From NCBI GenBank assembly GCA_965248355.1, contig OZ252098.1, forward strand, positions 5,184,001 to 5,248,000: a DNA stretch of 64,000 nt, in the 5' to 3' direction. The notes under the pieces are model-generated. The model did not search any database, was not told the DNA's origin, and worked only from the letters and a program-made list of their open reading frames with translations. Numbering within the stretch: the stretch's first letter is position 1; the number at the start of each line of letters is the position of its first letter. The position numbers and the translations under genes were made by a program. This stretch comes from Candidatus Latescibacterota bacterium. Its GTDB lineage: Bacteria; Latescibacterota; UBA2968; UBA8231. Positions 39,047-47,042 of this stretch are shown here, piece by piece.

Positions 39047-40699
39047 ATGAGAAGCGTCCCCCCGAGCCAGACCACCTTCGTGGCCCGCGACCCGGGCCTG
39101 TGGCAGGGCTTCGCCGGCCTGTGCCTGACCCCGGGCGGCCGGCTCGTGCTCGGCGTCAAGCAGGCCTACGGCCACGGCGCCTCGCGCTGGCAGCGGGTCG
39201 TGGCCATGACCAGCGGCGACCGCGGCCGCACCTGGTCGGCGCCGGATACGCTGGCCGAGGGCGACTTCGACCGCGGCCTGCCCTTCGTCGCCACCGGCGG
39301 CCTCTACCTGACCGCCCTGCGCGACGGCCGCGCGCTCATGCACTACTTCTCCGAGGGCTGGCCGGAGCGCCGGCCCACCGCACCCCTTCTCCGCACCAGC
39401 GACGACGGCGGCGAGACCTGGTCGCCGGAACGGCCCATGGGCCGCGGCCTGGAGTGCCGTCAGGACGGCGCCGTCCTCGAGCGCCGCAGCGGCGAGCTGC
39501 TGGTCTACACCGGCCTCAACCGGCTGCTGCGCTCCCTCGACGGCGGGCAGACCTGGGAGCTCTTCGGAGACCCGGTGGTGCCGGAGGGCTGTCCCCTGCA
39601 GCTGGGCGAGGTCTGCCTGGCCGAGGCGGCCGACGGCCGCCTGGTCATCCTCATGCGCGAGAACCACTACGCCAACTTCCCCATGTTCGCCGCCGCCTCC
39701 GAGGACGGCGGGCGCACCTGGAGCCGGCCGCGCCCGTCCCCCTTCATCGGCCACTGGCCGGCGGCCTTCGATCTCGGCGACGGGACCCACCTGCTGGCCT
39801 ACCGCAACGTCGGCGGCCGGGCCAACAGCCTCGTGTGGCGCGGCGACCTCGGCGACCTGCCGGGGTACCAGGTGTCGTCGTGCCGCTATCCGGCCGGGGG
39901 CTCTCCGGCGCGGCTCGTCGACGACGGCCTGTTGCTGCAGACCGACGACGCCCCCGGCGCCTTCGCCCAGTTCTACCTGATGCCGGCCGACGATCCGGCG
40001 GCCCACGTGGTCCTCGAGGCCGAGGTCCGCTGCCTGGGCAACGCCGGGCAGGCCTGCAGCCTCGGCCTGAGGGGCGCCGGCTGGCTGCGCATCTTCCCCG
40101 ACCACATCGACCTGGAGCACATCCCGGGGCACAGCCGCGTGACCGTGACCGGCGACCGCTGGCACCGCTACCGCCTGGAGCTGGAGCGGGGGGTCCTGCG
40201 CGTCTCGGTGGACGGCCGGCAGGTCCTCGGCTATCCGGCCATCGACCTGGCGCCGGTCGGCCACGCTCCGTGCAACGCCTTCGGCTGCAAGTTCGACCAC
40301 CGGGAGCTGCCCCGGCCCGAGCTCTACCCGATGCGGGTCCGCCTGCCCCGGTACGTCCGGGCCGGCAACGCCGGCCGCAGCCTGTGGCGCTCGGTGAGCC
40401 TGGACATCACCGGCAACCGCTGGCTGCCCGACCACCACTACCGCTGGCGCCACGACCGCGACGGGCTCCCCGACGCCTGGCAGGAGGACCGCCTGCTCGA
40501 GCTGGAGCACTGCGTCGACGCCGGCGACTGGGGCAAGCCGGTGCCGGTGGCCTTCGCCGACGGCGAGTGTTTCGTCGTCGACTACTTCGGCAACGGCATG
40601 CCCGTGGGGTTCCCGTCCCTGGCGTGGCTGCAGCCGGACCGCGGCCACAACTGCTACGTGAGGGGCTACCGCTTCCGGCTGGAGGAGGTGGCCGGCTGA
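39047..40699 (+). CDS. BNR/Asp-box sialidase-like protein
   Basis: Four Asp-boxes: SGDRGRTWS, SDDGGETWS, SLDGGQTWE, SEDGGRTWS. Confidence 0.85.
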   Translation: MRSVPPSQTTFVARDPGLWQGFAGLCLTPGGRLVLGVKQAYGHGASRWQRVVAMTSGDRGRTWSAPDTLAEGDFDRGLPFVATGGLYLTALRDGRALMHYFSEGWPERRPTAPLLRTSDDGGETWSPERPMGRGLECRQDGAVLERRSGELLVYTGLNRLLRSLDGGQTWELFGDPVVPEGCPLQLGEVCLAEAADGRLVILMRENHYANFPMFAAASEDGGRTWSRPRPSPFIGHWPAAFDLGDGTHLLAYRNVGGRANSLVWRGDLGDLPGYQVSSCRYPAGGSPARLVDDGLLLQTDDAPGAFAQFYLMPADDPAAHVVLEAEVRCLGNAGQACSLGLRGAGWLRIFPDHIDLEHIPGHSRVTVTGDRWHRYRLELERGVLRVSVDGRQVLGYPAIDLAPVGHAPCNAFGCKFDHRELPRPELYPMRVRLPRYVRAGNAGRSLWRSVSLDITGNRWLPDHHYRWRHDRDGLPDAWQEDRLLELEHCVDAGDWGKPVPVAFADGECFVVDYFGNGMPVGFPSLAWLQPDRGHNCYVRGYRFRLEEVAG

Positions 40700-40980
40700 G
40701 CAGCAGGCGCGCCGAAAAAGCTTGCCGTCCGGCCCCTGAGGTACCATCATTCTGGCGGCCCCGATCTCCGGGGGCCGCCTCGACGGCCGGTCTTCTCCAC
40801 CCGGCGCACGGAGCGGGCCCCCGGGCCAGGGGTCGTGATTCGACGGTGCAAGGGCACGTGAAAACCGATTCTCCGAGACGATTCTTGCCACGGGTGTAAC
40901 GTTCCGGTGGCTCTGCTTTCGGTGACCGTCACTGGAGGTCGAGGCGCTGGGCGCGACACCGACTTCTCAGGGAGGAAGAA

Positions 40981-41307
40981 ATGGCAACTCGAATCATCAT
41001 AGCCCTGATCATACTCGCGGCCCTCGTCCAGGGCTTGGCTCCCGACGCGGTCGGAGGCGGCATCCTGCCCCTTCTCCTCGTCATTCTGGGCCTGGTGTAC
41101 GGGTGGATGGCGGTCGATGCGGAGGACGCCACCGCCTACCTGGTCGTCACCCTCGCCGTGGGCGGGGCGACAAGCATGGACGTGCTGAGCAGCATCCCCG
41201 CCATCGGTGAGTCCCTGGACGCCATCTTCGACCAGGTGGCCATGGCCTTGTTTGCCGGGGTCATCACCATCCTCTGCCAGAGGACGCTCACCCGGCTCAA
41301 AGGGTAG
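40981..41307 (+). CDS. Small integral membrane protein
   Basis: GGGAGG RBS; about four hydrophobic segments in 108 aa. Confidence 0.8.
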   Translation: MATRIIIALIILAALVQGLAPDAVGGGILPLLLVILGLVYGWMAVDAEDATAYLVVTLAVGGATSMDVLSSIPAIGESLDAIFDQVAMALFAGVITILCQRTLTRLKG

Positions 41308-41391
41308 AGACCTCGGGCGCGCAGGCGGGGCCGCCGCGGAGATCCGATCGGATTCCCGCCCGGGTCGCCGCTTCCCCTTCATGAGAGATAG

Positions 41392-41425
41392 AAAGGCCGC
41401 CGGGCGCGGAACCCGGCGGCCTTTT
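41392..41425 (+). terminator. Intrinsic terminator (possibly bidirectional)
   Basis: AAAGGCCGCCGGG-CGCGGAA-CCCGGCGGCCTTTT perfect stem with T tail. Confidence 0.8.
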
Positions 41426-41454
41426 GCGTGATGACCGCGACGGGAGCCAGGAAG

Positions 41455-41733
41455 ATGCCGCAGCGCAGACAGAAGGTGATGATCCTCTACCTGTCCTACT
41501 CGGCCCTCGACAGCCCCGTCAAGGGATGGACCTTCTACGACGGCACCGGCCGGGAGCACCACACCACCGGCGACAGCACCGAGCCCCCGTACGCCACCGG
41601 CCTCGAGGCCCTGCGCGACGGCTGGCGGGTGATTCAGTTCCCGCAGCTGAACCCGCCCTATCCGGGCACCGAGTACACCACCTCGTTCCAGAAGAACGAG
41701 TTCATCTTCGAGAAGCTGGAGGAGATCGACTGA
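41455..41733 (+). CDS. Small hypothetical protein coupled to a PhyH gene
   Basis: RQKVMILYL...GWTFYDGTG...PPYATGLEALRDGWRVIQFP; stop overlaps next ATG. Confidence 0.75.
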   Translation: MPQRRQKVMILYLSYSALDSPVKGWTFYDGTGREHHTTGDSTEPPYATGLEALRDGWRVIQFPQLNPPYPGTEYTTSFQKNEFIFEKLEEID

Positions 41734-42599
41734 TGGTGGACAAACGATACCTGCTCGGCTCGAAACAGATGGCCGAGTTCGTGGCCCGCGGCGTTCTGCA
41801 GTTCGACGAGATCGTGCCGGAGGAGATCAACCAGGCCGTGATCGCCGAGATCGACGGCGACGGCATCGCCAGCCAGCCGGCGGGCACGCCGCTGTCGAAG
41901 TGCTATCCCCAGCCATCCCCCATCGGGCGCATGCTCAGGATGCCCCAGATCCACGGGATCGTCCACAGCCTGGTCGGCCCCGACCCCCTCTTCGACCACC
42001 AGGCCGTCCACGTCCGTCAGCCCAGGGAGGGCCACGCCCAGGGCCTGCACGGCGACTCGATCATCGACACGCGCATGCACTTCGACATCCAGCTCATGTA
42101 CTTCCCGCACGACGTGCCCCTGGAGATGGGCGGCACCATGCTGCTGCCGGGAAGCCACTTCCGTCGCGTCAACGAGCTCGACGTGGGCCGCTACCAGAAC
42201 TTCCTCGGCCAGCTGCCGATGGTCTGCAAGGCCGGGACCCTGGCCGTCGTCCACCACGGCATCTGGCACTGCGGCCGGCAGAACAAGACCGACCGCGTCC
42301 GCTACATGTTCAAGATCCGCCTCAACCCCGCGGTGCGGCAGCTGCGGCTGTGGAACACCAACGACCTGGAGCAGGGCGGCGGCCCCGAGATCATCTACGG
42401 CGGGTCGAGCCACGGCGACGCGGGGGTCGCCACGATCCTCAACAGCCAGGAGCCCTGGTTCGAGGCCGCCGACGGACGCCTGGAGATCGTCAACCGGATC
42501 AAGCTCTGGCGCTTCCTCACGGGGGACGACAACTTCGACGCCCACTACTGGCTGACCAGGCTCGAGAACATGCCGGAGAACCGGGTCGAAGCGGCCTGA
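41733..42599 (+). CDS. Phytanoyl-CoA dioxygenase (PhyH) family protein
   Basis: LHGDS, YFPHDV..MGGTMLLPGSH, HHGIWHCG..N...RYMFK. Confidence 0.88.
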   Translation: MVDKRYLLGSKQMAEFVARGVLQFDEIVPEEINQAVIAEIDGDGIASQPAGTPLSKCYPQPSPIGRMLRMPQIHGIVHSLVGPDPLFDHQAVHVRQPREGHAQGLHGDSIIDTRMHFDIQLMYFPHDVPLEMGGTMLLPGSHFRRVNELDVGRYQNFLGQLPMVCKAGTLAVVHHGIWHCGRQNKTDRVRYMFKIRLNPAVRQLRLWNTNDLEQGGGPEIIYGGSSHGDAGVATILNSQEPWFEAADGRLEIVNRIKLWRFLTGDDNFDAHYWLTRLENMPENRVEAA

Positions 42600-42654
42600 G
42601 GACTTCACCCGCGACCGGGGTCCGCCTCGGTCCCGCCCAGGCGCGCAGGGCTTC

Positions 42655-43857
42655 TTGAAGAAGTCCACGCTCGTCATCCTGGTCAGCGCGGTCATCGTCG
42701 CCGTCTCCATGGGGGCGCGGCAGTCCTTCGGCCTGTTCCTGCAGCCGGTGACGGAAGCGCTGTCGACGGGCCGGGAGACCTTCAGCCTCGCCATGGCCCT
42801 GCAGAACATCCTCTTCGGGCTGCCGATCGCCGGGATCCTCGCCGACCGCATCGGCCCGCGCCGGGTGGTGGCCGGGGGAGCCCTCCTGTACGCCGCCGGC
42901 TTCGCCCTCCTCGCCGTCGCCAGCACCCCCTGGCTCACCTTCCTCTCCCTCGGGGCCCTGGTCGGTCTCGCTCTCAGCGCCACGTCCTACGTCGTCCTTC
43001 TCGGCGCCGTGGCCCGCGTCGTACCTGCGAAGAAGAGAGCCGCCTCCTTCGGCATCGTGACCGCGGCCGGCTCCTTCGGCACCTTCGCCATCGTCCCGTT
43101 GATCCAGTGGCTGATCAACACCCTGTCCTGGCAGGCTACCTTGTTGTACGGCGCCGCCGTCGTCGCGGCCATCGCCCCCTTCGCCCTCGGATTCCCGCCG
43201 GCATCGGAAGCTCCCGAGGGCACCCGCGCCTCCGACCTGGAGAATGACTTCTCCCGACTCCTGTCACGGGCGAGCCGGCATTCGGGCTACCTGCTGCTCA
43301 ACGCCGGATTCTTCGTCTGCGGCTTCCACGTCGCCTTCATAGCCACCCACCTGCCGGCCTACCTCGGCGACCACGGGCTCCCCGAGATGGTCGCGGCCAC
43401 GGCCCTCGCCCTGGTCGGGCTGTTCAACATGGGGGGATCCTGGCTCTTCGGCCGGCTCGGCGACCGCTACCGCAAGAAGTACCTGCTCAGCTTCCTCTAC
43501 ATCGCGCGGGCCCTCGTCATCAGCGGTTTCCTGGTCGTGCCCGTCACCACCGCCACCGCCCTAATCTTCGCCTGCGCCATCGGCTTCCTCTGGCTGGCGA
43601 CCGTGCCCCTCACCAGCGGCATGGTGGCCCAGATCTTCGGACCGGCCAGGCTCTCGTCTCTCTACGGGATCGTCTTCTTCAGCCACCAGGTCGGCGGCTT
43701 CCTCGGGGTCTGGCTCGGGGGCCGCATCTACGACGCCACCGGGTCGTACGATGCCGTCTGGGTCGGGGCCATCGTTCTGGGGGTCGCAGCCGCGGTCGTC
43801 CACCTGCCGATCAAGGACATGGCTCTGGGGGAGGTGCCGGAACCTGCCTCGGCCTGA
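42655..43857 (+). CDS. MFS transporter
   Basis: Motif A GILADRIGPRRV and GRLGDRYRKK; GFFVCGFHV; FFSHQVGGFLG; many TM segments. Confidence 0.93.
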   Translation: MKKSTLVILVSAVIVAVSMGARQSFGLFLQPVTEALSTGRETFSLAMALQNILFGLPIAGILADRIGPRRVVAGGALLYAAGFALLAVASTPWLTFLSLGALVGLALSATSYVVLLGAVARVVPAKKRAASFGIVTAAGSFGTFAIVPLIQWLINTLSWQATLLYGAAVVAAIAPFALGFPPASEAPEGTRASDLENDFSRLLSRASRHSGYLLLNAGFFVCGFHVAFIATHLPAYLGDHGLPEMVAATALALVGLFNMGGSWLFGRLGDRYRKKYLLSFLYIARALVISGFLVVPVTTATALIFACAIGFLWLATVPLTSGMVAQIFGPARLSSLYGIVFFSHQVGGFLGVWLGGRIYDATGSYDAVWVGAIVLGVAAAVVHLPIKDMALGEVPEPASA

Positions 43858-43885
43858 GCAGCCGGAAGTGTGCCCGGCCCGGCCT

Positions 43886-44008
43886 CTACCCTGCCCCCGT
43901 GTCCGTCTCCGTCGCGCCCAGCCGCTCCGCGACCCGCGTGAACTGCTCCAGCGCCTCCAGAGCCTCACAGATTGCCAGACAGCCCACAGGGGCGACAGAG
44001 ATGGTCAT
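43886..44008 (-). CDS. 40-aa mini-ORF ending in a copy of the HsdM C-terminal helix
   Basis: MTISVAPVGCLAICEALEALEQFTRVAERLGATETDTGAG*; its ATG overlaps the upstream TGA (ATGA). Confidence 0.35.
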   Translation of the reverse strand: MTISVAPVGCLAICEALEALEQFTRVAERLGATETDTGAG

Positions 44009-44325
44009 TCGCTTCTCCCCTGTTCGCTTATCCCCATATCAGCCCATTCCTTAACGGAGAATTGGTCCGTTCTCGGAGGAGTCCGCAGTAGCCGCCTTCT
44101 TGATATTCCCCTTACGGCTTCTTCTACAGCCTCTACGCTATGCCCGGTATCCGCTGCTATCTTCTTCTTGTGAGGAAAGGGCTTTCCCTCAGCGTCCTGC
44201 TGCTTGAGAAGCTCCAGAACCTTTTCCGTCAAATCCTCTGCTTCCGTCATATCCTGTGCGTCTCCCTCCTTCTCCTCTGCGTCCTGCTGCTTGAAGAGCC
44301 GCAAGAATCTCTCAATCAAACCCAT
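44005..44325 (-). CDS. Small hypothetical protein, possible HTH
   Basis: GGGAGG RBS; AT-richer; internal KQQDAE repeat; KKKIAADTGHSVEAVEEAVRGI is HTH-like. Confidence 0.6.
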   Translation of the reverse strand: MGLIERFLRLFKQQDAEEKEGDAQDMTEAEDLTEKVLELLKQQDAEGKPFPHKKKIAADTGHSVEAVEEAVRGISRRRLLRTPPRTDQFSVKEWADMGISEQGRSE

Positions 44326-44451
44326 TGGGTAAGCCTCCCTTTCCGTTTACGAAGCTACTTCAAACTCCTCTAAGGCTTCGGTAGCCGCCTCCAGCCGTGC
44401 CTGCCAGTTGCTGGTGACGCGCAAGGCCGGAAGCGGGCCCGGGCCCGGCCT

Positions 44452-45957
44452 CTACCCTCGCCCCGGTTCCGCCTCCGCCTCGCCCAGCCGCTCCGCGATC
44501 CGCGTGAACTGCTCCAGCGCCGCCTCGAGGTCGTCGGCGATCTCGGCGGCGATGACGTCGGGGGCCGGCAGCGAGTCGGTGTCGGTCAGGCTCTCGTCCC
44601 TGATCCAGAACAGGTCGAGGCTCAGCTTGTCCCGCTTCTGCAGCTCGTCGTAGTCGTAGCAGCGCCAGCGGCCGTCCGGGTTGTCCTCGCTCCAGGTCTC
44701 GGCGCGCTCGTGCAGGCGGCCGGGCTTGTAGCACTCGACGAAGTCGTCGAAGTCCTCCCGCCGGATCGGCTTCTGCTTCAGCGTGAAGTGCAGGTTGGTG
44801 CGCAGGTCGTAGATCCACAGGCGGTCGGTCCAGGCCTCGGCCCGGCCCTCCTTCTTGTCGAAGAACACCACGTTGGCCTTGACGCCGGGCGAGTACCAGA
44901 TGCCGGTGGGCAGGCGCAGCAGGGTGTGGACGCGGCACTTCTCCAGCAGGTTGCGCCGCACCCTTTCTCCCGCACCGCCCTCGAAGAGCACGTTGTCCGG
45001 CAGCACCACGGCGGCGCGGCCGTCGATCGTCAGCAGACTGTAGATGTGCTGCACGAAGTTGAGTTGCTTGTTGCTGGTGGAGGTCCAGAAATCCTCGCGC
45101 ACGACGACCGAGTCCTCCTTCTCCGTGTCGCCCTCCTCGTTCACGAAGAGCAGGCTCTGCTTCTTACCGAAGGGCGGATTGGCGAGGACCATCGAGTACT
45201 CGCGGCCCCACGGTGCGGAGAGGCTGTCGTGGCCGGTATGCACGACCACTTCCTCGCCGCCGATGCCGTGCAGGTAGAGGTTCATGGCGCACATGCGGCC
45301 GACCTTGGCCGAGATCTCCATGCCCTCCACCAGATCGGTCTGGAGAGCCCGCTTCTCGTCGCCGTCGAGGCCGCTCTCGTACCGGTCCAACACGTACTGG
45401 TAGGCGTTGCACAGGAAGCCGCCGGTGCCCGCCGCCGGATCGCAGATACGGTCCCCGGGCGCCGGCTGCATGACCTCGCACATGGCCTGGATGACCGGGC
45501 GCGGGGTGAAGTACTGGCCGGCGCCGCGCGAGGACTCCTGCGCCGAACGGGAGAGCAGTTCCTCGTAGATCGTGCCCTTCACATCCACCGGCAGCGACAG
45601 CCAGTCCACCTGATCGAGGAGGTTGGCGATTAGCTGCTTCAGGCGCGCCGGGTTGCGGATCTCGCAGCGCGCGCCCCTGAAGATGACCCCGAGCATTCCG
45701 CGCTCGGCCCCCAGCGTCTCCAGGCTCTTGCGGTACTGGTCCTCCAAGGCCGCGCCGTCGAGCGGCAGCAGCGCCTTCCACCCAAGCTCCGGGGGAACGA
45801 GCGTTTCGCGCTCGTAGGGCGGCTCGGTGAGCTGGTCCGCCATCTTGAGGAAGAGCAGCAGGGTGAGCTGCTCGACGTACTCGAAGCAGGAGAGCCCGTC
45901 GTCCCGCAGGACGCCGGCGTAGTTCCAGGCCCGCTTGCCGATCTGGGAGGCGTCCAT
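44452..45957 (-). CDS. hsdM: Type I RM N6-adenine methyltransferase subunit
   Basis: YVEQLTLLLFLKM, GAGQYFTPR, motif I DPAAGTGGFL, motif IV LANPPFG, LPDNVLFEGG, LRLPTG. Confidence 0.96.
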   Translation of the reverse strand: MDASQIGKRAWNYAGVLRDDGLSCFEYVEQLTLLLFLKMADQLTEPPYERETLVPPELGWKALLPLDGAALEDQYRKSLETLGAERGMLGVIFRGARCEIRNPARLKQLIANLLDQVDWLSLPVDVKGTIYEELLSRSAQESSRGAGQYFTPRPVIQAMCEVMQPAPGDRICDPAAGTGGFLCNAYQYVLDRYESGLDGDEKRALQTDLVEGMEISAKVGRMCAMNLYLHGIGGEEVVVHTGHDSLSAPWGREYSMVLANPPFGKKQSLLFVNEEGDTEKEDSVVVREDFWTSTSNKQLNFVQHIYSLLTIDGRAAVVLPDNVLFEGGAGERVRRNLLEKCRVHTLLRLPTGIWYSPGVKANVVFFDKKEGRAEAWTDRLWIYDLRTNLHFTLKQKPIRREDFDDFVECYKPGRLHERAETWSEDNPDGRWRCYDYDELQKRDKLSLDLFWIRDESLTDTDSLPAPDVIAAEIADDLEAALEQFTRIAERLGEAEAEPGRG

Positions 45958-45964
45958 GCAGTGC

Positions 45965-46360
45965 TCAGGCCGTGAGGGCCAGTGGATGCCCGATGAGCTG
46001 CCGGTCCGTGGTGAGGAGCCTGAGATTCTCTTCCTGGGCCTGCACGAGGAGCAGCTCGTCGAAGGGATCTCTATGGGAGAGAGGGGTCTGCAGCTCGCAG
46101 GCGGCGTGACGCTCGGTCAGGGGCAGGAAGGTTATGTCCAGCCCCTCGAGAGCGGCGACCACCTCGCCGGGATCGAAGGGACTCTTGCGCTCCCCGGACG
46201 CCCGCAGAGCCCGGTACTTCAGCCGCATCTCCCAGATCGACACGGCGCTCACGTGCAGTTGCACCCCGTGCTCATCGAAGAACTGTCGCAGCTCATCCGA
46301 GAACCGTCCCTGGGCTTCCATAAGGCCATACAGGTAGAAAGTATCGAGGAGGACACGCAC
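45965..46360 (-). CDS. vapC: PIN-domain (VapC) toxin
   Basis: VLLDT, VSAVSIWE, HRDPFD, LLTTD: acidic PIN residues present. Confidence 0.92.
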   Translation of the reverse strand: MRVLLDTFYLYGLMEAQGRFSDELRQFFDEHGVQLHVSAVSIWEMRLKYRALRASGERKSPFDPGEVVAALEGLDITFLPLTERHAACELQTPLSHRDPFDELLLVQAQEENLRLLTTDRQLIGHPLALTA

Positions 46361-46374
46361 CGGCCGTCTCCCGC

Positions 46375-46656
46375 CTATTCCTCGTCCTCAAGTCCCAGCA
46401 CGCGGCGGCTGAGGGCAGAGTCGTGAAAGGCCGCCATCATCGCCTCCACTTCCTCCGGCGGCGCGTCCTTGATCCCGAGGCGGCGACGGTTGGCGTTCAG
46501 CCGGTCCCAGTCAAAACCGCGGCGCTGCTTCCGTTCACAGCGCACGAGTTGAACGGCCGGCTCGCCCTTCTTGGTTATGACCACCCGTTCGCCGTTCTCG
46601 GCTGCGGTGACCAACTCGGCGAGGCGGTCCTCCGCCTCGTGCAAGGCTAGTTCCAT
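46375..46656 (-). CDS. Phd/YefM-family antitoxin, copy adjacent to vapC
   Basis: LHEAEDRLAELVTAAENGERVVITKKGEPAVQLV; GGAGGA RBS. Confidence 0.9.
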   Translation of the reverse strand: MELALHEAEDRLAELVTAAENGERVVITKKGEPAVQLVRCERKQRRGFDWDRLNANRRRLGIKDAPPEEVEAMMAAFHDSALSRRVLGLEDEE

Positions 46657-46718
46657 GGTCCATCCTCCTGGATGTGTGATGGTGCAGTCGGGCCCTCGGA
46701 ATGCGCATGTCCGGCCGC

Positions 46719-47000
46719 CTATTCCTCGGCCTCAAGTCCCAGCACCCGGCGGCTGAGGGCGGAGTCGTGAAAGGCGGCTATCATCGCCTCGGCTTCTTCC
46801 GGAGGGGCGTCCTTGATCCCGAGTTCGCGACGGATGTCGTTCAGCCGGTCCCAGTCAAGACCACGGCGCTGGATTCGTTCACAGCGCACGAGTTGAACGG
46901 CCGGCTCGCCCTTCTTGGTTATGACCACCCGTTCGCCGTTCTCGGCTGCGGTGACCAACTCGGGGAGGCGGGTCTTCGCCTCGTGCAAGGGTAGTTCCAT
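46719..47000 (-). CDS. Phd/YefM-family antitoxin, second copy
   Basis: LHEAKTRLPELVTAAENGERVVITKKGEPAVQLV; same length (93 aa) and highly similar to the other copy. Confidence 0.9.
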   Translation of the reverse strand: MELPLHEAKTRLPELVTAAENGERVVITKKGEPAVQLVRCERIQRRGLDWDRLNDIRRELGIKDAPPEEAEAMIAAFHDSALSRRVLGLEAEE

Positions 47001-47042
47001 GGTCCATGTTCCTGAATGTGATGTCGGGTGCTGGTACGCTGC

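Larger units (their letters stand above)
43861..44521. repeat. ~95-bp direct repeat of the hsdM 3' end (43861-43955 and 44426-44521)
   Basis: 41-bp core CGCCCAGCCGCTCCGCGA(C/T)CCGCGTGAACTGCTCCAGCGCC at 43915-43955 and 44481-44521 with 1 mismatch; similarity extends past the stop codon. Confidence 0.9.

Noticed and set aside
40700..40980. Long leader before the small membrane protein as a possible riboswitch
   Set aside because: No recognisable aptamer consensus by eye; an Rfam/Infernal scan would be needed.
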